64,000 nucleotides of DNA from Vicugna vicugna (GCA_013265495.1 MU058650.1:1120267-1184266); one strand, 5' to 3'; shown: positions 1 through 14,300, counted from the stretch's first letter. Numbers and translations: made by a program. Notes: generated from the sequence alone by a model not told the origin.

Positions 1-746
1 CTGGTTTTAATTTTTATGAAATTCTGGATTTTTCATGTGCCTCCTATGATGTCTGTCTTACAAATGTGTCCTTTCTTGGCTTTTTCACTGACACCAGTCA
101 AAACCCAAGACATTTGCTGAGAACGGTGCTTCGCATAACGTTACAGAAAAGAAAATATTTAATAAAAGGCATTCTGATAATCATAGCACTTAATGCATAT
201 TCACATGGGAAAAATCCTGAGTTTTCATTAATCCTTCTCTTTAAAATAAATCTAATCTCACTCCAAGTTTTCCATGCTCCTAAAATTTGAAGATAAGACT
301 ATCTCTGTTTTATATATAAAAAAGTAATGCATCATAAGTCATCAATTCACTGTAAAATGATTATGAATCAATAAAAAATGTAAAAAAAAAAAAAGTCATC
401 AATTCATTACTCTGTGACGTCTAAACCAGGCACTGGAATCTTACTTTTGCCTCCATTTATAACACATTTTTCTTGCTAGCAATGGTGAGTCAGTGTTATG
501 ATACGTCCCATAGTTTGCTAACATTAAAACGGCTTAATCAGTCTTCCCCAACTTCACCAAGTTGAAAAGTACTGCTATGTGGGAACATTTTTCCCTTCAA
601 TCCAGTGAGAATAAACCTAAAAATGAAATGTGGATGTAAGTTTTTACCTTTGGCTACCATCTCTAGCCTCTGTCCTTAGAACAGATTCCTTCCAAGTGCT
701 CCTTTGTCTGGAATATCTGCTTTACTTGCAAACCTCCAACTTTTCT

Positions 747-872
747 GGGGGGAAGGGTATAGCTCAAGTGGTAGAGCGCATGCTCAGCACCCACGAGGTC
801 CCGGGTTCAATCCCTGGTCCCTCCTCCAAGCAGAAACCAATGAAGAAACCTAATTACCTCCCCCTCAGCAAA
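747..872 (+). mobile_element. tRNA-derived SINE (camelid Vic-like)
   Basis: A box TAGCTCAAGTGG, B box GGTTCAATCC, CCTAATTACCTCCCC tail. 18-bp TSD CAAACCTCCAACTTTTCT at 729-746 and 873-890. Confidence 0.93.
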
Positions 873-1247
873 CAAACCTCCAACTTTTCTGCAGCACAAT
901 GGTACATCTGCTTTGTATGCCATGTTTAAGCACCACGTAAAACAGAAGTCTTATCAGCATCACAGCATCCGTTGCCAACTAAATATTTATGTTTATTTTG
1001 GTAGCAACTGTCCTATTCTGCTGTAGCATTAGCAGTTTGGAAGCTGATTAACTTGTGCACATTTTCACTAATTCCAGGAAGCCTTACTCAGTAGCGCATA
1101 TGCTCCACTGGAAGCCAGGTAGTACCCAGCTATGTTTAGGTCTTCTTCAAGTGAACAGGTTCTTAATACAGCCAGGTGAACACATGTGAGTTCAGATTCT
1201 TCTCTTTAAGCTGTAAAATCCAAGCCGGTCGGAGAACTCCTTCTTAC

Positions 1248-1375
1248 CTGGACGCTGGTGAGAGTTGTGTACTGGTACGCTCTGACAATCAGGTAATTCG
1301 CTTCCACGTCTGCTAGTCCAAGCAGAATGTACTTCCACCACTTCTTTTTCAAGATGGATAAAAGGTTATCACTCC
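1248..1375 (-). CDS. SLC35F2: SLC35F2 coding exon 3 (128 bp; [43 protein letters not shown])
   Basis: Acceptor tttctttcaaccAG| and donor CAG|GTAAGA. Contains the SLC35F family signature DVEANY..V.AYQYT.LTS. Not listed in the ORF track; I translated it by hand. Later exons lie beyond base 1. Confidence 0.97.
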
Positions 1376-2041
1376 CTGGTTGAAAGAAATCTGGGTTAGT
1401 ACATGTGACTTGAAAATGGTAACATGCATATTAATTTAGAGGTCAAGATTCAAAGGACGGATTTACTATGTATTTTGAATGTGGCCCCCTCCTAGTTTTC
1501 ATTACTCATAATTCATTCATAACCCAAATGCCTGCAACAGCCCAGCAGACTCATATTTTTTTTTTTTGAGTATGTGGCCCAAGCTAAGGTGTCATCATAG
1601 ACTAAGTGGTCAATGAAAACACCAAAGAAACAAGGAAGTAAGAGAAAAGTGGTTAAATTCCCTTTCCCATTGCAACAGAAATATAACATCCAGATGGTCC
1701 TTGGAAAGGAAACGTTTTCTTATAACTTCATTGGTTATTTCACCTCCCTGCATTCATGGGCTTCTTCAAAGAAAACTCTGCATGTAATCATTCCTTTGGA
1801 AAATGTGTGCTTTCATGAGAAAATTAAGTGAGACGTTTGGAAAAAAGACTTGGTGAAACCATTGAAGAAACACCTTTTATCCCCTAAATTCTATTATTCA
1901 AGTTAACTGTGATTCATTTCTTTGGAGACTCTAGCATCACAAGGAGATATAGAGTTGGCACATATAAGGCTTTATGGGTAAGTTAACTTGCAAGGAAATA
2001 AAAGTAATAAGAATCATAGCTAAATAATTACCATTAAATCT

Positions 2042-4431
2042 CCACATCAACAAGAGAAAGGACAAAAACCACATGATCATCTCAATAGATGCAGAAAAAG
2101 CATTTGATAAAATTCAACACCCATTTATGATAAAAACTCTCATCAAAGTGGGTATAGAGGGAACATATCTCAACATAATAAGAGCTATATATAACAGACC
2201 TACAGCCAGCATAGTACTCAACGGTGAAAAACTCAAAAGCTTCCCACTAAAATCTGGGACAAAACAAGGATGCCCACTATCACCACTCCTATTCAACAGA
2301 GTCTTGGAAGTCCTAGCCACAGCAATCAGGCAAGAGAGAGAAATAAAAGGGATCCAAATTGGAAAAGAGGTAAAAGTGTCACTATATGCAGATGACATGT
2401 TACTATATATAGAAAACCCTAAAAAGAAAACCCTATCCACACAAAAACTACTAGAGCTGATTGAAGAATTCAGCAAGGTAGCAGGTTACAAGATTAACGT
2501 TCAAAAATCAGTTGCATTTCTTTAGGCTAACAATCAATCAAAAGAAAAATAAAGAAACAATCCCCTTTAAAATAGCACCCAAAGTAATAAAATACCTAGG
2601 AATAAATCTAACCAAGGAGGTGAAAGACATACATGGAAAACTATAAAACACTGATTAAAGAAATTAAAGAAGACTTTAAAAAATGGAAAGATAGCCCATG
2701 CTCCTGGATTGGAAGAATCAATATTGTTAAAATGGTCACACTGCCTAAGGCAATCTACAGATTTAATGCAATCCCTATCAAATTACCCAGGACATATTTC
2801 ACAGAACTAAAACAAATCATAATAAAATTTATATGGAACACAAAAGACCTATAATTAATAAAGCATTACTGAAGAAAAAGAAAGAGGCTGGAGGAATAAG
2901 TCCCCCAGACTTCAGACAATACTATAGAGCTACAGTCATCAAGACAGCATGGTACTGGTACAAAAACAGACATATGGACCAATGGAACAGAATAGAGAGC
3001 CCAGAAATGAACCCACAAGCTTTTGGTCAACTAATCTTCGACAAAGGAGGCAAGAATATACAGTGGATTAAAGATAGTCTCTTCAGCAAATGGTGTTGGG
3101 AAAACTGGACAGCAGCATGTAAAGCAATGAAGCTAGAACACTCCCTTACACCATACACAAAAATAAACTCAAGATCAAAGACCATAAGACAAGATACAAT
3201 AAACCTCCTAGAAGAAAACATAGGCAAAACATTATCTCACATACATCTCAAAAATGTTCTCCTAGGGCAGTCTACCCAAGCAATAGAAATAAAAGCAGGA
3301 ATAAAGAAATGGGACCCAATTAAACTTACAAGCTTCTGCACCGCAAAGGAAACCATAAATAAAACAAAATGACAACCTATGGAATGGGAGAAAATTTTTG
3401 CAAAAGATGAAACCGACAAAGGCTTGATCTCCAGAATATATAAGCAGCTCACACGACTTAATAAGAAAAAAACAAACAACCCAATCCAAAAATGGGCAGA
3501 GGACCTAAACAAGCAATTCTCCAAGGAAGAAATACAAATGATCAATAGGCACATGAAAAAATGCTCAGTATCACTAATTATCAGAGAAATGCATATCAAA
3601 CTATGATGAGGTATCACCTCACACCAGTCAGAATGGCCATCATTCAAAAGTCCACAAATGACAAATGCTGGAGAGGCTGTGGAGAAAAGGGAACCCTCCT
3701 ACACTGCTGGTGGGGATGCAGTTTGGTGCAGTCACTGTGGAAAACAGTATGGAGATTCCTCAGAAGACTAGGAATAGACTTACCATATGACCCAGGAATC
3801 CCGCTCCTGGGCATATATCCAGAAAGAAGCCCACTTCAAAAAGACACCTGCACCCCAATGTTCACAACAGCACTATTTACAATAGCCAAGACATGGAAAC
3901 AGCCTAAATGTCCATCAACAGACGACTGGATAAAGAAGATGTGGTATATTTACACAATGGAATACTATTCAGCCATAAAAATGACAACATAATACCAATT
4001 GCAGCAACATGGATGTCCCTGGAGAATGTCGTTCTAAGTGAAGTAAGCCAGAAAGAGAAAGAAAAATACCATATGAGATCACTCATATGTGGAATCTAAA
4101 AAAAAGAAAAAAGAACATGAATACAAAACAGAAATAGACTCATAGACACAGAATACAAACTTGTGGTTGCCAAGGGGGAAGGGGAGAAGGGACAGACTGG
4201 GAGTTCGAAATTTGTAGACACTGACAGGCATATGTAGAATAGATAAACAAGATTATACTATATAGCACAGGGAAATACATACAAGAACTGGTGGTAGCTC
4301 ACAGCAAAAAAGAATGTGACAATGAATATATGCACGTTCATGTATAACTGAAAAATTATGCTCTACACTGGAAATTGACACAACATTGTAAACTGACTAT
4401 AACTCAATTTTTTAAATGTTAAAAAAAAAAA
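2042..4431 (+). mobile_element. 5'-truncated LINE-1 (ORF2 RT and C-terminal part plus 3'UTR and A tail), frameshifted, in intron 2 antisense to SLC35F2
   Basis: ORF pieces carry [20 protein letters not shown] and the Cys-rich [18 protein letters not shown] motif. ORF2 is broken over several frames. A-rich tail near 4420. Confidence 0.97.
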
Positions 4432-5313
4432 CTCAATTAGCAGGTACATCCTGAAAACACAGTTAATCTTCCTCAACATGAGACGGCATGGAAGGTACCT
4501 AGCAACCACCCCTTGGGGGGCTTCACTGATATATTTATGAATCACACTGACTTCCTGAAGGCCAGTGCTTACAGAGAGGAGCAAAGTCTGAGGCCATTAA
4601 CCATTTACCAGCTCTGTTTCCAACTCCTAAAGTTCTCACCAAGTTTCGTGCTTTCCTCTTAAGATATTTTCCCCTTCCCCCAACTGCTTTCCATTTTCTT
4701 TCCAAAATAAGTTATTTATCCTGATACACAGGAACATCACTGGTGCATTGAGGTTCATATTAAAAGAGGTTTAGCAAATGTCACACTGGTGGTTTTATTA
4801 TATGCCTTAAATGTGAGGAAAATGGGAGCATTGTACCCTTCCAATCAGCTCGGGTTACTCATTGTCTTCACACTCTTGAATTCAATCTTATTTAATTTAT
4901 TTTAAAATACCACGCTTTTCTTTGTGAGAAAGATGGTGTTATCATGACTAGCAGCCCCTAATACAGCATGGTGGCGGGCACATGGGCTCTGGGCCAGGCT
5001 GCCTACATAGGAATCTGGCTCCACCTTTATGATTTACAGTGAATAAATTACCTAAGTGCTACATGCCTCAGATTCCTGGTCTAGAAAGTGGAGATAATAA
5101 TAATGCTCACTTGATTTGTTAGCAGGCTTCAACGAGTTAAAGCAATTATTATGATACCCAGCAAAATAATATTAGTCAGAACTGAGTCTCTCCCATTTAT
5201 GTGTAGCTAGAAATGATAATTCTATAATAATTCTAAAACAACTTAACCAGCCAGTGATGTTAATTCTCTGCCAGTTTCTTGTTTTGTTTCTCTCACAACA
5301 TAGACTTGGTCTA

Positions 5314-5474
5314 GAGGGAGGGTAGAGCTCAGTGGTAGAGCACACGCTTAGCAGGTACAACGTCCTGGGTTCAATCTCCAGTACCTCCACTAAAAAAATA
5401 ATAATAATAATTTAAAAATAAATAAATAAACCTAATTAACCCCCCCCCCAAATTTTAGAAAGAAACAAAAAAAC
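5314..5474 (+). mobile_element. tRNA-derived SINE (Vic-like)
   Basis: A/B boxes and A-rich tail. Imperfect TSD CATAGACTTGGTCTA / CATAGACTTAGTTTA. Confidence 0.9.
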
Positions 5475-6089
5475 CATAGACTTAGTTTACATGCAATTGG
5501 TGCTCCATTTAGCTGAAAATATTCTCCACTTTTGGAGAGTGAGGTTCTTGACTTAAGTGTTTTTAAAATTGTCTCTTAAATTTATCAACCACTTGATAAT
5601 AATGTGTCCATGTTAGTTCATCGATTGTACCAAATATACCGCACTGATGAGGGATGTTGAGGGTAGGGGAGTATGTATGTGAGGGTGGGGAGGGCTATGT
5701 GTGAACTTTCTGTATTTTCTGCTCAATTCTGCTGTGAACCTGGAACTGCTCTAAAAAAAGAGTCTATTTTTAAAAAAAAGGAAAAAGATTAACTACAGAG
5801 AAAAAAATATAAAACCTAACTTGTAATGGCACTTAATTAAAAAAAAAACGCTCCTACATTACATTTTGGTGCTACTTATTTTGACCAACAATTTCAGAGA
5901 GTTATACATAACTTTCTAGTCACTACTCCTGTAGAATTCAGAGGTGTCATACTGTTCTAATAACTTTTATAAAAACGGCAATAGTTTCCTGTTCTTGGTT
6001 TTGCCCCATATTTTATTTTTTAAATGTCTAGAGCCAAAAGATTTTATGAAGATCATTTGTCGAAGAGGTAATTTCCACATTTGACATAC

Positions 6090-6265
6090 CTGATTGGAAT
6101 GCCAGCATCATTGTATAAATTAGGAACAGCAAGCAATAGTTGATAAAGCTCTGAAGCATGGGGGTGTTCACTTTGTATCTTTCTGCCAAATACTGGCTGG
6201 TGATGGCTGTCCCACATATACACAAGGACAGCATCTGACCCAGGGCAATTGTTTTCAAAATGTTC
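6090..6265 (-). CDS. SLC35F2: SLC35F2 coding exon 2 (176 bp; [58 protein letters not shown])
   Basis: Acceptor tttattttctAG|G and donor G|GTATGT. Peptide is near-identical to the recalled SLC35F2 TM1-TM2 region. Frame is continuous with exons 1 and 3. Intron 1 = 6266-41165 (34.9 kb). Confidence 0.97.
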
Positions 6266-6315
6266 CTAGAAAATAAAGGAGGAAATCAGAATAACTTGAA
6301 AGTAAGTTATGTCCT

Positions 6316-6318
<3 letters not shown>

Positions 6319-6367
<49 letters not shown>
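6319..6367. repeat. (CA)n microsatellite about 50 bp from the exon 2 acceptor
   Basis: Perfect run of about 24 dinucleotide units. Confidence 0.97.
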
Positions 6368-6369
<2 letters not shown>

Positions 6370-7759
6370 TAGTGCTAGACAAAAAGGGAAAAGCTAATAA
6401 TTCCAGGTGGTTCCTTATTTCATTTTATCGGCTTCTTCATATGCACAAATATTACAGTGTTAGACTTTGAGACTACATTTTTATTCTCTTTACATTTCTG
6501 ATTTCTTCCTCGTTACCACAAAAATACATAATCCCCCAGTCCATTGGCTGATCCATTTGGAGATTATTTTGATTGCTTAGCTATGTCATGTACTATTTGA
6601 ATTGCGTGTGTGTGATTTTTTAAAACTCAACTTTACCTCTAGTTTTAAAGTCTTCCTACCCATTAAATGTTTAACATTTTCTCATCCTTTCATTCTCCCA
6701 GAGACTTGGTTTCTTCAACTGGAAGCAGCGGCTTTCAGTGTTACCTACATGTTAGAATCATGGACCTTTTAAAACTGCCAGCATTCCAGGCTGCACCTGA
6801 GATCAATTACATTGCCACCTCCAGGGGTGGGTCCCAGGCACTGGTGAAGTTCAAAGTGCCCCAAGTGACTCCAAATGCAGCCAAGACTGTGAATCACTGC
6901 TCCAGAGGCTGGCACTTTGGATCCATCAAAGAGTAGGATCTAGACCCTGCCCTTTGGCATTTTAAGAAAGCCATTTAACAGCAAATACAAAACTGCAGAC
7001 GCCAAACTACACAGGAACAGTCTTGTAGCAGCGGTGCAAGTAAGGGGCTGGGAGAGCACACGGGTGCTGCTGGTTCATTCTGAGCGAGGGGCTTAGCAGG
7101 CAGAGGGCAGCAGAAGACGGTTTTACAGAAGAGGGGGTTTTTCAGCTAGGTCCTGTAAGCACATACAGAAGGGGTTTCTAGAGGAAGAAGTAGGGAGAAG
7201 GGAATCCAAGAAGATGTAACCATAGGACCCAATGTAGAGGCACAAACATGTGGTGTGGGTTCAAGAAACACCAAGTGGCCTGTGTCTGGGGCATATGGGC
7301 AACAGCAAGGAGTCCAGAGCAAGAAGCTTGGGGAAGCGAGCTGAACCCAGATTGTAAAAAGGGTGGACGAGCACATCGTGAAGGTACACCTTTATCCTGT
7401 AGAAAGCTGGGAGCCATGAAGGATTTATGAAAGTAACTGGTGACTCTGAGAAGAAAGACGGAAGGTGAGAAGGTTACTGCAATGATCCATGGCTGAGCTG
7501 AAGCCACGTCAGTGTGAATGTTAAGTAGACAATGATGTGAGATGCACAGAGCCTAGAGACCCATGAAATCTCGGGAGGAGGTGTTGAAAATGATCTCTGG
7601 ATGTCGGGACTAGATGACCAAGTGGGCATGAGGCTGCTGACCAAGACAGGGAAGACAGGATGAGCGGCAGGTTTGGGCAAGGGGAGAGTGGTGAGCTCAG
7701 CTGAAGAGCACTAGAAATGGAGGTGGCCGGAACATCGAAGTGAAAGACAGTAAGAGGTT

Positions 7760-8506
7760 TGTGACAAGCAGACTCTAAGACGGGCCAGTGAATCTCTGCT
7801 TCCTGGTAGGTCTGCTCTGTGTAGTCTCTCCCACTTGCATGAGGGCTGGACCCGTGACTTGATTCTAACCATCAGAATACAGGAAGAATAATGGAACACC
7901 ATACTGTACAGCATGGAAATGCAGCCAACATTTTATAATAACTGTAAGTGGAGTATGACGTTTAAAAATTGTGAGTCATTATGCTGTACACCTGTAATTT
8001 ATATAATATTGTATATCAACTATACTTCAATTTAAAAAATAAAAACCTCAAAAAAAAAAAAAAACCATGAGATTCCACTTCCATGAATACATTACCTGAG
8101 GTTGTAAATTCCATCTCGCCAGTCAACTCTGTTGAGTCTCTTCCCTGCTGGCTCTGATCAAACAAGCTGCTGTATAGAGAGACCTACATGGCAAGGAACT
8201 AAGGGTGGCATCTAACCAACAACCGGTAAGGAACTGAGACCTTGAGTCCAACAGCCTCCAAGGAGATAAATCCTGCCAACATCAACATGAGCTTGGAAGC
8301 AGGTCCCTCCCCAGTCGTGACTTTGGATGATACTCCAGCCCTGGCCGACACCGTGACTGCAGCCTCGTGGGAGACCCTGAAGCACAGGGCAGAGCTAAGC
8401 CGTGCCCAAAACCCTGATCCATAAAACCTATGAGATAACAGATGGGTGTTGTTTTAAGCCACGAAGTTTGTGGTAATCTGTTACATAGCAACAGATAACA
8501 AATACA
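7760..8506 (+). mobile_element. MLT1 (MaLR) LTR interrupted by a short L1 3' tail (~7900-8065)
   Basis: TGTGACAAGCAGACTCTAAGA start; CACATGGCAAGGAACT-like block; TTGTTTTAAGCCAC...GATAACAAATACA end. Confidence 0.8.
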
Positions 8507-11357
8507 AGGTTGAAACTCTGGACTTCAAAAAGATCGTATCTGTCATATCTGTTTTGCTCTTTACTACATACCCAGTGCCTGGCACTTTGTTGTCACTCAG
8601 TAAATATTTGTCAAATGAATGTAAATGGATAAAGCAATTACCGCATATGCCCAAATGTATGGTTACCCCAAATATAAGACACTACACCATTTACCCAATG
8701 ACGTGCAATAGTCAGAGAAAGACAAGACATTATCATGAGAGTGCCATGGTACAGAAACTAAGGGTAGAAAAACATTTCAAGAAGGAAGAGGCCATCAACA
8801 CCACAGTGTCAGAAACTGCAGAGAGAAAAGGTGTCGTCATGGCTAAAGAGTCACGTTGGACTGGCAAGCTGGAAGCTGCCAGATATCTTTGAAGGAAAGC
8901 CTTTTGCTAGTGGTAATGACTAAAGCCAGATGCCAGTGGGCTGAATAGAATATGAGCAAGTGGATGCACCAGACATAAACAGCTCATTTTTTTTAAAATG
9001 ATGAAACGGAGAATAGGGATGGGAAAGAGTCTGAAGAATAAGCAGTAATGTTGATGAGTTTTTTGTTTGTGTGTTTAATTATAATCTTGTTAAAGGATCA
9101 AGGAAACCTAAGCATGTTTGGGAGCTGAGCAGAAGGCAAGAGGGGAGAAAACGTGAAGACTGACATAAAAGAAATTAAAAGAGATGACGAAGATGGGTAG
9201 TTCCTGGAAGGTTCAGGGACCAGGATTGAGAATACTGTAACTTTTAAGAACTATCTGTTCTAAGAGTTTACAGTGTACTCTTTTCTTTGGAATATTTGCT
9301 TTACTACTTTGCAACTAACCTCAAACAATCCTAGCAAAGGCAAAAAGAAAAAGAGGACGTTTGCTGGTAAGACAACCCTAAATATACACTCACAGAGCAT
9401 CTACCATGTGCCGGGCCGTGAAGATACAAAACTGAATAGGAATTCTCTGCGCCCCGGACAGAGGCTCAGAGATCACTGGGGATAAGCAGGCATATAAACT
9501 AGTAATGAGGGCAAGTCAAAAATGGGCTGGTTACAAAAACTTCCTGAGTTCCCTAGACAAGCACACAAGGAACGGCACCCCACGCAGAAGGAAGAGCACG
9601 GAGCTCTAGACAACATGGTGCATTCAGGGATCTCAGGTGGCTTCAGGCAGCTATGGCACAGGGCGCAGGAGACAGAAACAGTGGATGGTGATGGAAAGTT
9701 GATACAAGCCTGATCTGGATGAGATCTAAAGCAGGTTCTAAAGTTGGCATCTTTATCTTGTTCATGGGAAGACCACTGGAACTTTCTAAATAGGAGGGAG
9801 CAAAGTGATTATCAAGGCAGGAATTAAGCATCCCTGGGTCCCTAAATATGTCATAACAGCATCAAAACCTTGCCCTCCATTCCTGACATGGAAAAGTCAA
9901 TTAAACAGGAAAGTTGACAGAGACAGACTGGTCTAAAGTAACACCCAGTTTTCCAGATCAGACACCTGGATAGATAACAATGGTTAATCAAGATCTCAAA
10001 GACAAAAAGAGGGGGAAAAAGGCACATTTGAAAAAGAGAATTAACTCCATTTTGGACATGCTGGATTTTGTTTAATTATGAGACAGTCAAGAAGGAATGT
10101 CCAGTAGACAGTTTGGAGCCAGAAAAAAAGATTGGGCTGGAGAAATAAATTTGGGAATGATGATCATAAAAGTGGTACCTGAAGTTGGGATATAGATGAG
10201 AGCTGTAACACATATACCTAAAAATTGAAAAGAAAAGAGGGTAAAAAAAGAAACACTTTGGGAAACAGCAACATTTAAGGGGCAGAAGAGGAAGAGGACT
10301 TAGAGATGGGGATGGAGGGGCATGGCCAGAGAGGCAGGGAGTGAGAACAGGAGAAAACACTCTGGAAGCAAGAGAAAGTGGCCTTTCAAGGAGGAAGTGC
10401 ACTAGTTTGGACTGTAGCAAATTCCTGCTAACTGCTCTTCGGCCCCTATTCTTCCTCTCCGCAAATCCCATCTCCACACTGCAGCAAAAGTCAACTTGTT
10501 CTGAATGTTACTCTAATGGGATTACCTCCGTGTCTAAAACCTTTCCGTGGTTCCCCTTTGCCCTTAAATGAAAGCCAAACTTTAAAATGGCATACCAGGG
10601 CAACCTACCATCTGATCCCACCTAGCTTTCCAGCCTCATCTTGGACTGCACTTGTACAAGCTTTAATTTTTTACGTTTTGAAATTTCTTGCAGGATATTT
10701 AAAATATAACAAAGTATAAAGCATAATCAACATGTACTCATGCATCTATCAGGCAGCTTAGGATATAAAACATTGGTAACATCAATGTGTTCTCTTGTGT
10801 TCTCTTCAATCTCTTAGCCCTCCCGAGGTAACTACTTTCTAGAACTTATTTATCTTTCTGTGCATGTCCATATATTTTAATATTTGTGTAAGAATCCCTG
10901 AGCAATATATACAATGGCTATGCCTATTTTAAATGTTTATAGAAACAGCAGCACACTGCATGTGTACTTTTGCAACATGTTGCAACATTGGTGCAAGAGA
11001 GTCATCTCTATCGATACATTCGTTCTAGTGCATCCCTTCTCACTGCTGTATAGTACTCCACTGTGGGAATATATCACACTTTATTTATCTATTCCTTTGT
11101 TAATATTGGGATTATGTTCCAATTTTTTCTTTGCTCCTGTAAGCAATGCCTCTACAAATATTCTTATGTATGTCTCCTGACATACATATCTAAGAGTTTT
11201 TGTGGTTTTTAGCAAACCAGCACAACTGGGTTACTGATGTGCTAAAATATAATCTCGGCACTCAGCCTGATGGGTACCACCCAGACATCCTCCAGAAGCA
11301 GAGAACTCAGACTACCCTGCAAATATAATGAGTTTCTATTTGTGTCATAAAGTATTC

Positions 11358-11397
11358 TTTTGTTTTGTTTTGTTTTGTTTTGTTTTGTTTTGTTTTG
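11358..11397. repeat. (TTTTG)n microsatellite
   Basis: About 8 perfect units. Confidence 0.95.
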
Positions 11398-14300
11398 TAT
11401 GTGTGTGTCATGAAGTTTAAAGGAATCATTTGCTCTGGAGATCTATTTAAGAGTAGAATCATTGGTTTTAGGGTATAAGTGTCTTCAACTTTACTTTGCT
11501 GAAATGCTCTTCAAAGGGCTATCTTATTTCGTGTAGTTTATTTTACTACTTTCAAAAGGAAGGAACTGAAGCAACCTCCACCCTTCAAGAGGGACAGCTG
11601 GTATCAGGAACTGGCCAGATCCAAAGATATTTCATTACGCTACTGAAGGAAATTTTCACCCAGGTGAGCAAAAGATTAAGGACTTGCTCCCACAGAGGTG
11701 GTATTCTTTTTAGAGATGCTCTACCTGCCACAGGCTGATGAGGCAAACTGGATCTATGAGTTGCTCCCTCTTTCTCTTGTGCTCATGTCTCCTTCTTGGA
11801 GGCAGCAAAGTTTGCACTGATGCTTGGATGTCAGGCCACCCTAGCAGAGGCACGAGAAATTCACCACCTGGTCTGTAGGGTGTACGAGGAACCTTAGAGG
11901 GATACGGGCCAAACACAAAGAGTGAAAACGTGCATTCATTTTGTGTCACTGTCCCTAGCCATACAGTTCCCTCAGGAATCACTGTGGGGAAAGGTACGTG
12001 GCCAAGGAAATGGTTCTAATTTTCTAGTATTTCATTGCTTAATTAGTACCATTATCATACATATACTCAGCGTAATCCTCACATCAACCCTGAGAAAACT
12101 GCACTCCTGTTGCAGATGGGGGAAAAGAGACTCAGCGTGGTCCTGTAATTCACCCTCAGTCATACAGTCAGGAAAAGGCAGAGGAAGACGGTGCTCCTGG
12201 TTATTAAAAGACTAGGTCGGGGGGTTAATTTTGCTTTAAAAAAAAAAAAAAAGACCTTCTCCTTTCTTTAAATGTCTCGTCCTCTTTTCCCTGGAACAAA
12301 GTGTCAGAATTGCTGGACTTCGGTGCTAATGCCCGCTTTTTTAAGTTGAAGAGATTATGGTCCAGAAGAGGGAGTGTCCCGCCTAAGGTCATACAGGAAC
12401 AGAGTCCATGTGCAAATGTTCCCGCCACCTGCTGCAACCTCTATGGAGCACGGCCTTGGGATAGTAAGTGAGACCGTCCCTCACAGCTGGTATGTTCTCA
12501 CCTCCTGGCTCTCCTCCCTCACTTGCCTTTCCCCACTTCCATCTCTCCGCCCTCCTTCACTTCTCCATGACTTTATCACACAGCTTATATTAGGAAACAC
12601 CTTTTTCAAAGGCTCCCCGCACCTCTCCTTGCTGTCGGGAAAGAAAGGGTCCAGCCTGATTTCTCTGCTACCAGTGTTAACACTGCTTCCTCATATGTCA
12701 GGGGGGCCTCGGAAGTCCAAAGGACAGGGCACCGAAAAGCTAATCGAGGGGCTGATAACTTCATCAGATGCAGAACATTTGTCACACCCCATAATGGGCT
12801 CAAAAGCAATTAAAATTTTGAAATATGTGAGAATAAGAAATCTGGAGGCACAAAGCCCTGTTCACAAATTGACAAAACCCCTCCAGTGAGCTCACATTTG
12901 CATTCTGAAATAGCATAATTAAGCAAGCTGTCCTCCAACTACAAAGTATAACCATCTTCTTAAAAAAAAAGTCATAAATTGCATAAATTGAGTATGGAGA
13001 TTTAAAGTTACAAGAAAGCATTTCTCTTGGCTTCACATCGTAATGACCTCGTCTATAATGGGAGAGGAGGGGACTGAGAATGAGAGAGAGTGAACGGGGT
13101 TGGGGGGGGGGGTGCTGGAGAGGGTGGAGGTTGAAAAAGAGAGGAAGCAGAGAAAACCACTCAGACTTGGAGAGAGAGCTGCCAGAGGCTTCAAAACAAT
13201 TTCTGTTACTTGTGGCCTCACACTGAAGCTTTTGGATTTCACAAGGTCCCAGTTCACGTGGATTCGGAATTAAACCCAGGCACTCTCTCTGCGCCGCAAC
13301 AAAACCTGTTCCTCTCTAAGGGAAGCTGCCAGAGGCAACGTGCATCTCACCGTGGGACACATCCTGTCCCCGTTTTTGAAGTGAATTTCAATGGGAGGAT
13401 ATGACCCACCCCCAAGACATGCTCCCCAGGGTAGCTTCGTGCTGTGGGAGCCGGGCCACCAGAACGCAGAGCAGACAAGTGACGGGTCACTGGGGGTAGC
13501 GGGTGGGAAAACCCAGCAAATAAACTGAATAACGTCACTTCTGACCACGTTTACTCTTTGGATATACTGTATGAATTTAAGAATTTAAGGAATGAAAGAA
13601 GAAAAGATTTTAAAGCATTTTGTTTCCCTCTTCTTTCTTCCAGAAAACCTGAAGTAGGCATCTTAACATCCGTTCCATTCCAAAACACACAGTCATGCAC
13701 GTGCTTCCCAACAAAATGATATCTTCTTTTATTTATTTATTCAGACAGCAAACGCTTCAGTCATGCACTTACTAAAGTTTGTTGGGTGCCGAATATGCGC
13801 TAAGCACAAGGAATTTAGACTTTTAAAGACCCATGTATTTCCCGGCCCCAGACTCCTCGCTGGACCACATCAGCAGGCTCTTGCTGTGTGTCCTGAACAA
13901 ATACCACAGCCCTCTCTCCTGGCACCTACCATCCTGTTTGTGGGTCTTCTTCCTCCAGGACTCTAAGCTCCAGAAGGCCAGGGACATTATGTTCTCCGTG
14001 ACTAGCACAGTGCCTGGCCCAGAATGAGTACTTCCAGGGTATCTGCCATTGGTGAACATGGTAAGGAGCTTGCTGTCTAGCTGAGGATACAGATCTCACA
14101 ACCCAGAAACCACAATAAAATGGGAAAGTGTCAAAACAGACTGGCGTGCGTGGCCAGGGGGAAGGAAGGGCCAAGACTGCCTGGGAAATGTTCACAAAGG
14201 ATGAGACACTTGATCACAGAACAGAAAGGTGAACAATTTCCAGGAAGATTCAGGAATGAAGGAAAGGCTGTAATATGGATTTTTGCCCAATTCACACACC

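Noticed and set aside
2073..4099. Reverse transcriptase ORFs as a functional or novel RT system
   Set aside because: Ordinary 5'-truncated, frameshifted L1 ORF2 lacking the endonuclease, ORF1 and promoter.
6028..6258. 76-aa standalone ORF
   Set aside because: It is SLC35F2 exon 2 read through into intron sequence.
12374..12889. 171-aa ORF
   Set aside because: No recognisable homology or exon context; antisense within intron 1; likely chance.
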